Positions 46,808 to 56,797 of a stretch of 64,000 bases of DNA are shown piece after piece. Positions within the stretch are counted from its first letter, which is position 1. Each line of letters starts with the position of its first letter. Both the position numbers and the translations under genes were made by a program. A model generated the notes under the pieces. That model saw only the letters and a program-made list of their open reading frames with translations. It was not told the DNA's origin and did not search any database. Source of the DNA: Flavobacteriales bacterium (GTDB lineage: Bacteria; Bacteroidota; Bacteroidia; Flavobacteriales_F; PHOS-HE28); NCBI GenBank assembly GCA_046329115.1, contig JAXLVG010000002.1:3714-67713 (forward strand). Direction: 5' to 3'.

Positions 46808-49120
46808 ATGTCCCTGCGCTCCCTGCTCCTCGCGACCTGCCTCGGGGCTTGCCTGGCCGGTCATGAAGCCCAGGCACAGGCCACATCCGGCACCCTGCGC
46901 GGCACGGTGACCGATGATCGCAATGCACGACCCCTGCCAGCTGCGGAAGTGGAGCTCCTGGCACCGGACACCACCATCCGGGCGGCCACGGATGCGGATG
47001 GGCATTTCCGCATGGACGCCGTGCCCGTCGGCATCCATCGCCTGCGCGTTACGCTGAACGGATTCGCGCCCGCCGACATCCCGGAGGTGTGGGTGCGGGC
47101 CGGCAAGGAGGAGGTGGTGGACATCGCCTTGGAACCCGCCGTGATCGAGCTGCCGGCCGGTGAGGTGGTGCGCCAGCGCAAGGACCCGGGCGCGGTGACG
47201 CTCACCGTGGAACAGACCCTGCGCTACCCGGCCGCCTTCTTCGACCCGGCGCGCGTGGCCACGGTGTCCGCCGGCGTGGCCAACATCAACGACCAGGCGA
47301 ACCACTTCAGTGTGCGGGGCAACAACCCCAACGGCAACGCCTGGTTGCTGGAAGGTGCGGAGATGGTGAACCCGAACCACCTGTCCAACGCGGGAACACC
47401 CAGCGACCTGCCCATGCTCAGCGGTGGCGGCGTGAACATCCTGAGCGCCCAGATGCTCGGCACCTCACGCCTGCTGAAAGGCTCCTGGGCACCGGACCGC
47501 GGCAACGCGCTCGGTGGCATCATGGACATGGAGCTCCGGCGCGGCAACACCAGTACCCGCGAATGGACCGCGCAAGCCGGCCTCATCGGGCTTGACCTGT
47601 CCACGGAAGGTCCGTTGGGCAAGGGCGGCCGCTCCTCCTACCTGGTGAACTACCGCTACTCCACCCTCGGCCTGCTGGGCGCGATGGGCGTGGACCTGGG
47701 CGATGAGGTGATCACCTTCCAGGACCTTTCCTTCCATGTCACACTGCCACTGGCCGCACGCGGTGAACTGCGCTTCTTCGGACTGGGCGGGAACAGCAGC
47801 AATGTCTTCGAGGCGCAGCGCGATACCAGCGAATGGGAATTCGACAAGGATGGCTCAGACATCACCTACACGGCGCGCACCGGGGCGGCCGGCACCACCG
47901 CACGCCTGCCGGTGGGCAGGCAGGGATCGCTCATGGCCACCGTGCTCCTTTCCGCCACCGGCCAGGAACGTCAACGGATCCGCCTTGGCGACGACCTGAA
48001 GCCGCTTGACACCACCACGTACGACCTGCACGAACGGAAGCTCTCCACCGTGGTGCGGTACGATGGTGCGCTGACGGCACGGTCGCGCTGGAGCCTCGGT
48101 GCCTCGGCGATGGAACGGGAGGTCACCAACCTCTTCGATGAACGCATCACCGGCTGGCTCGTGCGCCCGCACGTTAACACACGCTGGTCCGTGGGCGACC
48201 ATTGGACCGTGGGCCTCGGGCTGGCGTATGCGCACTTCACCCTCACCAACAGCGCGGTGGCGGAGCCGCGTGCTTCCCTACACTGGAACATGCGCAACGG
48301 CCGCCGGCTGTCGGCAAGCGCTGGGCGGCGGTCACAGCTGCCCATGCACCAGCTCCTGCGGGTGCGCTTCACCGATGTGCGTCCATGGAACCAGCAATTG
48401 GGCCCGACGCTCTCCGATGAGGTGGTGCTCGCCTACGATCATCCGCTCAACGAACGCCTCACCTTCCACCTGGAGGTCTTTCACCAGCAACTTTCCGACC
48501 TGCCTGAGCGGGACCCCGCTTACACCTGGAGCCTTGAACAGGATAACCTGGTGAACCAGTGGGACGAGCCGGCGATCATCAAATACCTGAACACCGGGAG
48601 GGCCACCAACACCGGAGCGGAGGCATCGCTGGAGCGCACTTTCGCCCGGGGCTTCTTCTACCTGGTGAATGCGACGGTCTACGAAAGTCGCTGGGAACTG
48701 GGCGCCGTAGAGCAGGACACCCGCTGGAACGGCCGGTACATCGTCAACGCGGCCGGTGGCCGGGAGTTCGTGAAGCGCACGAACGACCGCGTCCGCACCT
48801 GGGGAATCACCAGCCGCCTGGTGCTGATGGGCGGTGCGCGCACCACACCGATCGATGTGCAGGCCTCGGAGGAGGTGCGCGGCACGGTGCCGGGCGGGCC
48901 CGCATGGTCGGCACAGTTCGATGACCTTCACCGGCTCGACCTGCGCGTGTACCTGAAGCGCGAGCGCAAGGGCCGCACCGGCCTGTGGGCGCTGGACCTG
49001 CAGAACGCCGTGAACGCGCAGAACGCCGCCTACCAGTACTACGATGTCCGCAAGGGCGAGGTGGTGACCAAGTACCAGCTCGGCCTCATCCCCAACCTCA
49101 GCTACCGCATCGAATTCTGA
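46808..49120 (+). CDS. TonB-dependent receptor-like outer-membrane protein with an N-terminal carboxypeptidase regulatory-like domain
   Basis: Signal peptide. GTLRGTVTDDRNARPLPAAEVELL...DADGHFRMDAVPVGIHRLRV. Plug and barrel regions follow, with a C-terminal ...NLSYRIEF. Confidence 0.7.
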   Translation: MSLRSLLLATCLGACLAGHEAQAQATSGTLRGTVTDDRNARPLPAAEVELLAPDTTIRAATDADGHFRMDAVPVGIHRLRVTLNGFAPADIPEVWVRAGKEEVVDIALEPAVIELPAGEVVRQRKDPGAVTLTVEQTLRYPAAFFDPARVATVSAGVANINDQANHFSVRGNNPNGNAWLLEGAEMVNPNHLSNAGTPSDLPMLSGGGVNILSAQMLGTSRLLKGSWAPDRGNALGGIMDMELRRGNTSTREWTAQAGLIGLDLSTEGPLGKGGRSSYLVNYRYSTLGLLGAMGVDLGDEVITFQDLSFHVTLPLAARGELRFFGLGGNSSNVFEAQRDTSEWEFDKDGSDITYTARTGAAGTTARLPVGRQGSLMATVLLSATGQERQRIRLGDDLKPLDTTTYDLHERKLSTVVRYDGALTARSRWSLGASAMEREVTNLFDERITGWLVRPHVNTRWSVGDHWTVGLGLAYAHFTLTNSAVAEPRASLHWNMRNGRRLSASAGRRSQLPMHQLLRVRFTDVRPWNQQLGPTLSDEVVLAYDHPLNERLTFHLEVFHQQLSDLPERDPAYTWSLEQDNLVNQWDEPAIIKYLNTGRATNTGAEASLERTFARGFFYLVNATVYESRWELGAVEQDTRWNGRYIVNAAGGREFVKRTNDRVRTWGITSRLVLMGGARTTPIDVQASEEVRGTVPGGPAWSAQFDDLHRLDLRVYLKRERKGRTGLWALDLQNAVNAQNAAYQYYDVRKGEVVTKYQLGLIPNLSYRIEF

Positions 49121-49124
49121 ACCC

Positions 49125-49493
49125 ATGCGCACCCTCCTGTACATCCTGCTCGCGCTCGTCTTCGCGCTCTTCGCCTACTGGAACCTGAACGACCCGGACG
49201 CGCCGGTCTGGGTGGCCGCCTATGGCGCCGTAGCGCTGCTCTTCGGGCTGGCGGCCGCCGGCCGAGGTGACCGCCGCATCACCGTGGCGCTGGGCGCCCT
49301 GCTCTTCGGGTGGATGCTGACCATGCTACCGGGCATGTTCGCCTGGGTGCGCGACGGCATGCCGTCCATCACCGAGGAGATGAAGGCCACCGCTCCGCAC
49401 ATCGAAGTGGTGCGCGAGTTCCTGGGGCTGATGATCGCGGTGGGTTGCCTGGGTGTACTGTTCCTCTTCCAGCGGTCCGCGCGCACCGACTGA
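49125..49493 (+). CDS. Small integral membrane protein (about 4 TM helices)
   Basis: MRTLLYILLALVFALFAYW..., VWVAAYGAVALLFGLAAAG, ALGALLFGWMLTMLPGMFAW, FLGLMIAVGCLGVLFLF. It lies 4 nt after the receptor gene. Confidence 0.5.
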   Translation: MRTLLYILLALVFALFAYWNLNDPDAPVWVAAYGAVALLFGLAAAGRGDRRITVALGALLFGWMLTMLPGMFAWVRDGMPSITEEMKATAPHIEVVREFLGLMIAVGCLGVLFLFQRSARTD

Positions 49494-49669
49494 TCATGAC
49501 GGTGCCGCAGGCCCGTTGCGGCAAATCCCGCACCGGCGTAGCGCCTTGGAACAGGGACTCCGGGTACGCTTAGCGCGCGCAGGTGACCTTGCAGCAGAAG
49601 AGGCTGGAAAAGAAGCAGGGCCCCCTCGTTCGAGGAGGCCCTGCCCAGGTCCTGATCAGGGTCTGATCA

Positions 49670-52600
49670 CTACTGCACCATCAGGCGCCCATGGACCATG
49701 CGGCCATTGAGCAGCAACTGATACGGATACACACCAGGGTCAAGTGCGCTCACCTCCTGCCATACACGCACTTCCTGGCCCTCGGTCACCATGCCATCGA
49801 ACAGCACGCGCATCGGGCGGCCCTGCACATCGAAGAGGCTCAGCACCGCGCGGCCTTCGGACACGGCCTTGAAGCTCAGGGTGGTGATGTCGCGGCTGGG
49901 GTTGGGCACCACGGAAACCTCCATGACTCTCTGCTGGTCGGCGTAACCGCAGCAATCGCCCATGAGCCAGATCGTCTGCTCCGCCGTCGCTGCATTGCCA
50001 CAGGCATCCATGGCCGTGTAGGTGCGGTGGATGTAACACTTGCCCTCCTTGGTGGTGATCCATTCATCCACCACGTCCACACCAAGCTCACCCTGGCAGT
50101 TATCCCAGGCCGTGCACTTGGCCGGCTCGGGGATCTCCTTGCACGTGGCCTTCACTTCGGCCTCCAGCTCGCACGTGAGCTCGGGGGCGGTGTTGTCGGT
50201 CACCGTGATGTGCTGGGTGGCGGTGCCCAGGTTGCCGCAGTCATCCATGGCCCAGTAGGTGCGCACGATGGTGTAGCTGCACTTGTCCTTGCCTTCCTCC
50301 ACCGCATCGGTGACGTGCACCACCAGATCGCTCTTGCAGGCATCCTCGGCCCACACGCCATCATCCTTCTGGGGCACTTCGCCACACTCCACCGTCACAT
50401 CGGCCGGCACGTTCAGGATCGTCGGGCCCTGGGTGTCCACCACGGTGATCACCTGCGTGAGCTGCTCCGTGTTGCCCTCGGTATCCGAGAAGGTCCAGAC
50501 GCGGGTGAGGATGCGCGGACAGGTACCGCTCCAGTTGTCCGTCCAGGTGAACAGGACCACCTCGGGGCACTTCTCATCCTTGCGCAGCACCGGATAGGTG
50601 AGCGCGCCGGGGCTCACATCGGCACCGCACTCCACGGTCAGTTCCGTGAAGATCGGATCGATGATGATCGGCGGGCATTCATCACCGCAATCCTCCTTGC
50701 CGATGATCACCGTGCCCGATGCCTCGCACTGGTTGGCGTCGAACACCGTGACCGTGTACTCGCCTTCGCAGAGACCCTCCACCGTGGCACCCACGGCGCC
50801 CGTGCTCCAAAGCACCGTGTAGGGCGCCTGACCACCGCTCAACTGAACGCTTGCGGAACCGCTGCAGGGCGCCTGGCAATTCACCGGGGTGCCCGTCAGT
50901 TGGATCTGCAGAGCGTCCGCGCAAGCGAGCACCGCCACGGCGGAACCGCTGCAACCGGCGGCATCGTTCACCACCACACTGTACGTACCGTTGGCCACAG
51001 CGCCCAGGTCGGCCGTGGTGGCGCCGTTGCTCCACAGATAACTGTAGTTGCCGCTGCCACCGGTCACCGCGCTAACGATACCGCCTTGGGCACCGCCGCA
51101 GGTGGGACATTGCGCGTCCAGTTCCACCGTCAAGGGCTGCGGAAGCTCCACCAGCACCTCATCCGTAGCGGAACAGCCATTGGCACCAGTGACCGTCAAC
51201 GTGTACAGGCCCGCCGCGTTCACCAACGGTGATTGCAGCGTGCTCGCGAAACCACCCGGACCGCTCCAGACAAAGCTCACATCCGCCTGATCGCTGGATC
51301 CGGTGAGCTGGGCCGTTCCGGTCGCACAATCGATCTGGCCGGCGGTGGCCACTGCCTGGGGAAGGTCATTGTCCGCCATCACAACAGCCTCGGCCGTTCC
51401 AATGCATGCTAACGGACCGTTCTCCGTTTGAATGCTCGCGCCAGTGACCGTGAGCACATAGGTGCCCACTGCATCAACGATCGGATTCTGCTGCGCACTG
51501 GTGTATCCGCCAGGGCCGATCCATGCGTAATTCACGTTCGGCGTGATACTGCTGCCGGCAAGTTGGACCTGCGGAATGAGACAGCTTAGTTCTCCGCCGG
51601 AAGCTTCGGCACTTGCCGTGCTGCTCTCCACGACCACTTGGGCGGTCGACGTTGCAGTGCAACCGTTCGAGCCGGTCACTGTCAGGATGTACGTACCTGC
51701 CACCGCCACGACTGGCGCGGCTTGCGTACTGGTGAATCCACCGGGACCCGTCCAACTCAAGCTTCCTGAACCAGTACCCTGCAGTTGGGCCGACAGGATG
51801 TTGCAGTTGATAGCTCCTCCTTGTGCGTTCGCTTGAGGAAGTTCAGCGTCGGCATCCACTTCCGCATCGGCCGTGCTGGTGCAACCGTTCGCGCCGGTCA
51901 CCGTCAGCACATACGTGCCTGCCTCGCTCACCGTCGGGTTCTGGGCGTTGCTCGTGAAGCCGTTCGGGCCCGTCCAGGAGAACGTGCCATTGCCCACGCC
52001 CTGCAGCTGAACGCTCAGCGTCGTGCAGGTCAGCGTGCCGCCGGTCGCTTGTGCACCGGGAACGTTGTCGTCCTGGCCCACTTCCGTGCTGGCCGTGCTC
52101 GTGCAACCGTTCGCACCCGTCACCGTCAGAATGTACGTGCCCGACACGGTCACCACCGGGTCCTCATCCGTACTGCTGAAACCGCCTGGACCGCTCCAGG
52201 AATAGGTCACATTCGCGCTCGGCGAACCGCCGTTCAGTTGCACGCCCGTCTCTGCGTTGTTGCAGTCGAGCACACCGCCTTCGGCCGTCGCGCCGGGAGG
52301 GGTGATGTCCTGTTCCACCTCCTCGGTGATCGAAGCCGTGCAGCCGTTCGTCACGTCCGATACGGTCAGTGTGTACATCCCGGGGATCAAGGCCGCCACC
52401 GTCGATGTGCCGGTCACACCAGAACCATCGGGCAGTTCCCATGAATAGCTCGGGATCAGGGCGTTCGACTGTGCGAACAACAATACTGATTGATCCTCAC
52501 AGGTGATCTCACCCGTCACCACGATGTCCACGCTGGGAACCACCGTGTTCTGAACCACCACCGCGTCATCCGTGCTCGTGCAACCGTTCGCGCCGGTCAC

Positions 52601-55600
52601 CGTCAGCACATACGTGCCTGCCTCGCTCACCGTCGGGTTCTGGTCGTTGCTCGTGAACCCGTTCGGACCCGTCCACGCGAAGGTGCCGTTGCCCACGCCC
52701 TGCAGCTGGACGCTCAGCGTCGTGCAGGTCAGCGTGCCACCGGCCGCTTGTGCACCCGGAACATTGTCGTCCTGGCCCACCTCCGTGCTGGCCGTGCTCG
52801 TGCAACCGTTCGCGCCGGTCACCGTCAGCACATACGTGCCCGCCTCGCTCACCGTCGGGTTCTGGTCGTTGCTCGTGAACCCGTTCGGACCCGTCCAGGA
52901 GAAGGTGCCGTTGCCCGCGCCCTGCAGTTGGACGCTCAGCGTCGTACAGGTCAGCGTGCCGCCAGACGCTTGCGCGCCGGGAACCGCGTTGTCCAGTTCA
53001 ACCTCGGCCTGGTCGGTGGCCGTGCATCCGGTCTGCGGGTCCGTAACGGTGAGGGCATAGAACCCGGGCGCGTTCACCGTCACGCTGGGGCTGCTGCCAC
53101 CGGAAACGATGCCGGGGCCGCTCCAACCGAACGAAACACCGTTGGTCTGTGAGGATCCATTCAGCACGACCTGTCCGTTGTTCGCGCACGTGATCACCGC
53201 ATCGTTCCCTGCGTTCGCATCCGGTACACCCGTACCTCCGATGTTCACAGGCAGAACCACCGAACACTGGTTGGCATCGGTCACCGTGACGGAGTATACC
53301 CCGGCGGGAACGTTCGCGATGGCCGACCCTACCGCACCTGTGCTCCATACGTAGCTGTAGCCGGGCGTGCCACCCGTACCGGAGACGCTTGCCGATCCAT
53401 TGTCCTGTCCGCAGGTGGCCGGCGTGGTGTTGACGTTACCGCTGACGGCGCTCGGCTGTCCCACTTGGAAGGTGTTCGATGCCTGACATCCGTTCGCATC
53501 CGTCACGGTGACACTGTAGCTGCCGGCAGCCAGACCGGTCGCGGTCTGCGTGGTCTGTCCATTGCTCCAGAGGTACGTGAAGCCCGGCGTGCCATCGGCA
53601 GTGGCCGTGATGCTTCCATCAGCTCCGCCATTGCACGAAGCGTCGTTCACGTCGCCGGTGACGCTCATGATGCGCACGGTGACCACCTGGTCCGCGGCGC
53701 CTGCGAGAATGCAGGCATCACCACCGATGATCCGGCGGATGAAGGTCTTCTGGGTCAGCGGACCGATATCCGTGCCCAGCAGGTTCTGACCGGTGGCACC
53801 TGCGATGTTCGCCCAGTTGACACTGTCCGTACTGATCTGCCATTGGAAGGTGGCCGCCGAACCGAAGGACGGATAAGCGGACGCCGCGTTGTTCCGAACG
53901 ATGGTGGGCAGCACATAGCTCGGCTGTGAGCCTTGGATGTCGCCCGGAATGCTGCCCGCACAGATCGCGGTGCCGGTATACGTAATGCTGTTGCCCAGCA
54001 GGTCCGGGGGATTGGCCCATACCACCAGGCCAGGCTCGTAGATGGCCGAGCTGCTGCTCAACTTGGTGGTGTTCAACGCACCCTGGGTCAGGGGAATGTT
54101 GTTGCTCTCCGCCGTCACGATCGTGTAGATGCGGCAGTTGCTGAACTTGATGCCACGCTCACCCACGGGATCGTAATCGTCCGTCGTGCCGCCGTAGTAG
54201 GTGCTGAACTCCAGCGCCGTCAGGTCGCTCTCCAGCTTGAAGAAGACCTTGTCGTTCTCACCCTGGTTGGTGGTCTGCAGCGGCACGTTCGGCGAAGCGC
54301 TCACCGGGAAGTTCGTGCTGTTCGTGTAGCCGAACACGTAGACATCGTTGTTCAGGTCCACGTTCAGGCCCATCATGTTCACTTCGTTGTTCGAACCGCC
54401 CACATAGGTGCCACCAAGCAGTGTCTGGTCGCTGACGGCCATGCGGCCCACATAGAAGTCGTTGCTCCCGTTGTGGCCCGTATCATAGGAGCCGCTCGTG
54501 ATGTTGGCGCTGTTCAGGCCTTCGGTCACACCACCGAAATAGAGCTCCGTGCGCGTCGTGTTGAACTCCATGCACAGGAGGTTCGCATCATTGTTCGTCC
54601 CGGAGGAGAAGTAGGAGCTCCAGGTGGTGGCGGCCGTGGTGCCATTGAGGCGTTGCAGGAAGCCGGCCGACGTACCGCCGCGGGTCGATTGGCGCGGGCT
54701 CACCGTTGGGAAGTTGGAACTGGAGGTGTTGCCACCCACGAACAGGTCGCCGTTCACCGGATCGTGCAGCATGATGCTGGCCCGGTCGGCCGCACCACCG
54801 CCGTAGTTGCGCATCCACACCAGCGACGACAGGTCCTGGTTGATGCGGAAAAGGAGCACATCGCTGCCGCCGTTGTTGGTGTTGCTGGCACCGCTGCCCG
54901 CGTTCAGCGTCGACAGGTTTGTGCTGGTGGTACTGCCACAGACGAACACGTCCCCATTCGGGGCGGTGCGCACATCGTAGTTGTCATCCGCACCGTTCCC
55001 ACCCACAATGGCCGCTTTGATGCTCTGACCGTCCTGGGTGATCTTCAGCACAAACACATCGATGTCCGCCTGCGCCTGTTGGTTGATGCTTGCGCCGGTG
55101 AAGGCACTGCCACCGAGCACGGGGAAGTTCGTGCTGGAGGTCTGGCCGGTGATGTACAGGTTCCCATCCGGACCCTGTTCCATCGCATACGGATTGTCAT
55201 CACCGTTACCGCCGATGTACGTCTGCCAGACGCGCGTGCCGGACCCTCCGATGTTGGCAGGTTCCAGGTACTTCCCCACGATGGTCTCCAGGGCTCCGTT
55301 CGCCGTGACGTCGAACGCGCCAACGGTGATGTTGTCCGTGGTGCCGACCACGCGGGCCACCATGTAGATGGCACCGTCGCTGGGATCCACCCAGATGGCA
55401 TGGCCGTGGTTGTCGTCCGAGCTGTTGGTGTTCACCCAGGTGGCCCAACGCATGGCGATCGGGTCGATCACCAGGGGTTGCGACCGGTCGTACGCCCCAA
55501 GGGTGAAGCCGAGGATGTTGCCGTTCCGAACGGTGTATTGTGCCTCCACGCGGCGCTCGCGACCACCGACGCGCTGGTAAACGACCGGCGCCGGGTAGGT

Positions 55601-56329
55601 CATGTCCCCGAGGCTGGTGGGCATCACCAGCTCGCCCTTGGCGCTCACGCGGAGGTCGTTGATCCCTTTGAACTCGATGGCGATGGCACCCGGGTCGCTG
55701 TTGGGCGCGCAGATCACATCGTACTCCAGCGAACCGTCGGCCGCCGGGTAGTAGCGTACATCGATGCCGCGGTACACCCCCGTGTACCACACTTCCTGGT
55801 AGCTGTGGACGTTCAGCGCCTCCCTGCCCCCCAGGAAATAGTTGTTCACCTCCGGATGCACATCGCGGCTTTCCACGCGCATGGTGGGCAACGCGTTCTG
55901 GAACTTCATCAGCCAGCCATGGCCGCGTTCATGCCAGATGAGCGGCCGCCACGGTTTCCCGTCGTGCTGCTCCTGCTCGATCCGCATGCCCTCCTCCTGC
56001 CGGGCCTTCACGGCCGCCGGGTCGTATGCCTTCATGAGCATGCCCTCCGGCGTGGCCAGCGCCTGGCCCAACGGGAAGTCCGCCTTGAAGCGGATCGAGG
56101 GGTTGAACTGGCCCTTGTTCTCGATGAACTCGATGCGTTCATCGTACTTGTGCAGCAGCTGGTCCAGGTCCCCCATCCCGCCATCATGTGGCTTCGCACT
56201 GTTGGCAGGGTGGTGCGCATGCTGGGCAAGGTCCGCCAACTGGGCGGACACCATGGCGCTACAGGCCATGGCCCCCGCCAGCAGCGCGCCCTTCAAGCGC
56301 CTGTGCGATGTGTTCGTGGTCCGTGTCAT
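49670..56329 (-). CDS. Giant T9SS-sorted adhesin (about 2200 aa) with SBBP beta-propeller repeats, tandem Ig/PKD-like domains, SprB repeats, HYR-like domains and a type-A CTD
   Basis: SBBP-like YIGGNGDDNPYAMEQGPDGNLYITGQTSSTNFP. SprB repeats (CNGGADGSITATADGTPGFTYLWSNGQTT...YSVTVTDANGC). At least three near-identical 84 aa units (GGTLTCTTLSVQLQGVGNGTF.WTGPNGFTSN.QNPTVSEAGTYVLTVTGANGCTST). HYR-like D.QGPTILNVPADVTVEC and DNTAPELTC segments. CTD VVPNPSRDITTLSF...GVYPYQLLLNGRMVHGRLMVQ. The start could be as far upstream as 56455. Confidence 0.8.
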   Translation of the reverse strand: MTRTTNTSHRRLKGALLAGAMACSAMVSAQLADLAQHAHHPANSAKPHDGGMGDLDQLLHKYDERIEFIENKGQFNPSIRFKADFPLGQALATPEGMLMKAYDPAAVKARQEEGMRIEQEQHDGKPWRPLIWHERGHGWLMKFQNALPTMRVESRDVHPEVNNYFLGGREALNVHSYQEVWYTGVYRGIDVRYYPAADGSLEYDVICAPNSDPGAIAIEFKGINDLRVSAKGELVMPTSLGDMTYPAPVVYQRVGGRERRVEAQYTVRNGNILGFTLGAYDRSQPLVIDPIAMRWATWVNTNSSDDNHGHAIWVDPSDGAIYMVARVVGTTDNITVGAFDVTANGALETIVGKYLEPANIGGSGTRVWQTYIGGNGDDNPYAMEQGPDGNLYITGQTSSTNFPVLGGSAFTGASINQQAQADIDVFVLKITQDGQSIKAAIVGGNGADDNYDVRTAPNGDVFVCGSTTSTNLSTLNAGSGASNTNNGGSDVLLFRINQDLSSLVWMRNYGGGAADRASIMLHDPVNGDLFVGGNTSSSNFPTVSPRQSTRGGTSAGFLQRLNGTTAATTWSSYFSSGTNNDANLLCMEFNTTRTELYFGGVTEGLNSANITSGSYDTGHNGSNDFYVGRMAVSDQTLLGGTYVGGSNNEVNMMGLNVDLNNDVYVFGYTNSTNFPVSASPNVPLQTTNQGENDKVFFKLESDLTALEFSTYYGGTTDDYDPVGERGIKFSNCRIYTIVTAESNNIPLTQGALNTTKLSSSSAIYEPGLVVWANPPDLLGNSITYTGTAICAGSIPGDIQGSQPSYVLPTIVRNNAASAYPSFGSAATFQWQISTDSVNWANIAGATGQNLLGTDIGPLTQKTFIRRIIGGDACILAGAADQVVTVRIMSVTGDVNDASCNGGADGSITATADGTPGFTYLWSNGQTTQTATGLAAGSYSVTVTDANGCQASNTFQVGQPSAVSGNVNTTPATCGQDNGSASVSGTGGTPGYSYVWSTGAVGSAIANVPAGVYSVTVTDANQCSVVLPVNIGGTGVPDANAGNDAVITCANNGQVVLNGSSQTNGVSFGWSGPGIVSGGSSPSVTVNAPGFYALTVTDPQTGCTATDQAEVELDNAVPGAQASGGTLTCTTLSVQLQGAGNGTFSWTGPNGFTSNDQNPTVSEAGTYVLTVTGANGCTSTASTEVGQDDNVPGAQAAGGTLTCTTLSVQLQGVGNGTFAWTGPNGFTSNDQNPTVSEAGTYVLTVTGANGCTSTDDAVVVQNTVVPSVDIVVTGEITCEDQSVLLFAQSNALIPSYSWELPDGSGVTGTSTVAALIPGMYTLTVSDVTNGCTASITEEVEQDITPPGATAEGGVLDCNNAETGVQLNGGSPSANVTYSWSGPGGFSSTDEDPVVTVSGTYILTVTGANGCTSTASTEVGQDDNVPGAQATGGTLTCTTLSVQLQGVGNGTFSWTGPNGFTSNAQNPTVSEAGTYVLTVTGANGCTSTADAEVDADAELPQANAQGGAINCNILSAQLQGTGSGSLSWTGPGGFTSTQAAPVVAVAGTYILTVTGSNGCTATSTAQVVVESSTASAEASGGELSCLIPQVQLAGSSITPNVNYAWIGPGGYTSAQQNPIVDAVGTYVLTVTGASIQTENGPLACIGTAEAVVMADNDLPQAVATAGQIDCATGTAQLTGSSDQADVSFVWSGPGGFASTLQSPLVNAAGLYTLTVTGANGCSATDEVLVELPQPLTVELDAQCPTCGGAQGGIVSAVTGGSGNYSYLWSNGATTADLGAVANGTYSVVVNDAAGCSGSAVAVLACADALQIQLTGTPVNCQAPCSGSASVQLSGGQAPYTVLWSTGAVGATVEGLCEGEYTVTVFDANQCEASGTVIIGKEDCGDECPPIIIDPIFTELTVECGADVSPGALTYPVLRKDEKCPEVVLFTWTDNWSGTCPRILTRVWTFSDTEGNTEQLTQVITVVDTQGPTILNVPADVTVECGEVPQKDDGVWAEDACKSDLVVHVTDAVEEGKDKCSYTIVRTYWAMDDCGNLGTATQHITVTDNTAPELTCELEAEVKATCKEIPEPAKCTAWDNCQGELGVDVVDEWITTKEGKCYIHRTYTAMDACGNAATAEQTIWLMGDCCGYADQQRVMEVSVVPNPSRDITTLSFKAVSEGRAVLSLFDVQGRPMRVLFDGMVTEGQEVRVWQEVSALDPGVYPYQLLLNGRMVHGRLMVQ
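51580..53060 (-). repeat. Intragenic near-identical tandem repeats (about 252 bp units) within the giant adhesin gene
   Basis: Six-frame ORFs 51843-52106 and 52566-52805 give near-identical peptides. Plus-frame 52572-53060 shows two consecutive copies. Confidence 0.7.
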
Positions 56330-56740
56330 CGGCGTATCGGGTGTTGGTGTTCTCATGAGAAAAGCAGCAGCAATGCACCCACCACGCACAAACCCCAGAG
56401 CTCGGGGTCGCACAGGTCGGTGTACAGTGAGCGGGGCAAGCGCGCGGAAAACCATCCTCCATCGCTCACCGCATGGGTGGCCGATGCCGGTGTGGAGCGG
56501 TCATCGCCGCTGATCGCGGTTGCGCGCCCAAGGCCCTCGGCGGGGCCTGTCCGTTCTCCGTGCATGATCGGGTTCCGTTGCTGTGTCCAAGCAGCTCACG
56601 GTCGATCAGGAAGAAGCGGCCCAAAAGAACACCGGCGGACCTCCGCTTGTCAAGTTTCGTCGTCCGGAATAAGCGCTCCATCGACACCCGAACCTGTTCG
56701 TCGATGAGCCATGCAAGGGACCGGCCCGGGTCGCGGGTGC

Positions 56741-56779
56741 CCAAAAAGGCGAACGGCGACCTGTTCGGGTCGCCGTTCG
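56741..56779 (-). terminator. Rho-independent terminator of 56798-59212
   Basis: A perfect 12 bp stem cgaacggcgacc / ggtcgccgttcg with loop tgttcg. The minus strand follows with CUUUUUGG. Confidence 0.6.
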
Positions 56780-56797
56780 AATGAAGCGCGAACAGGT

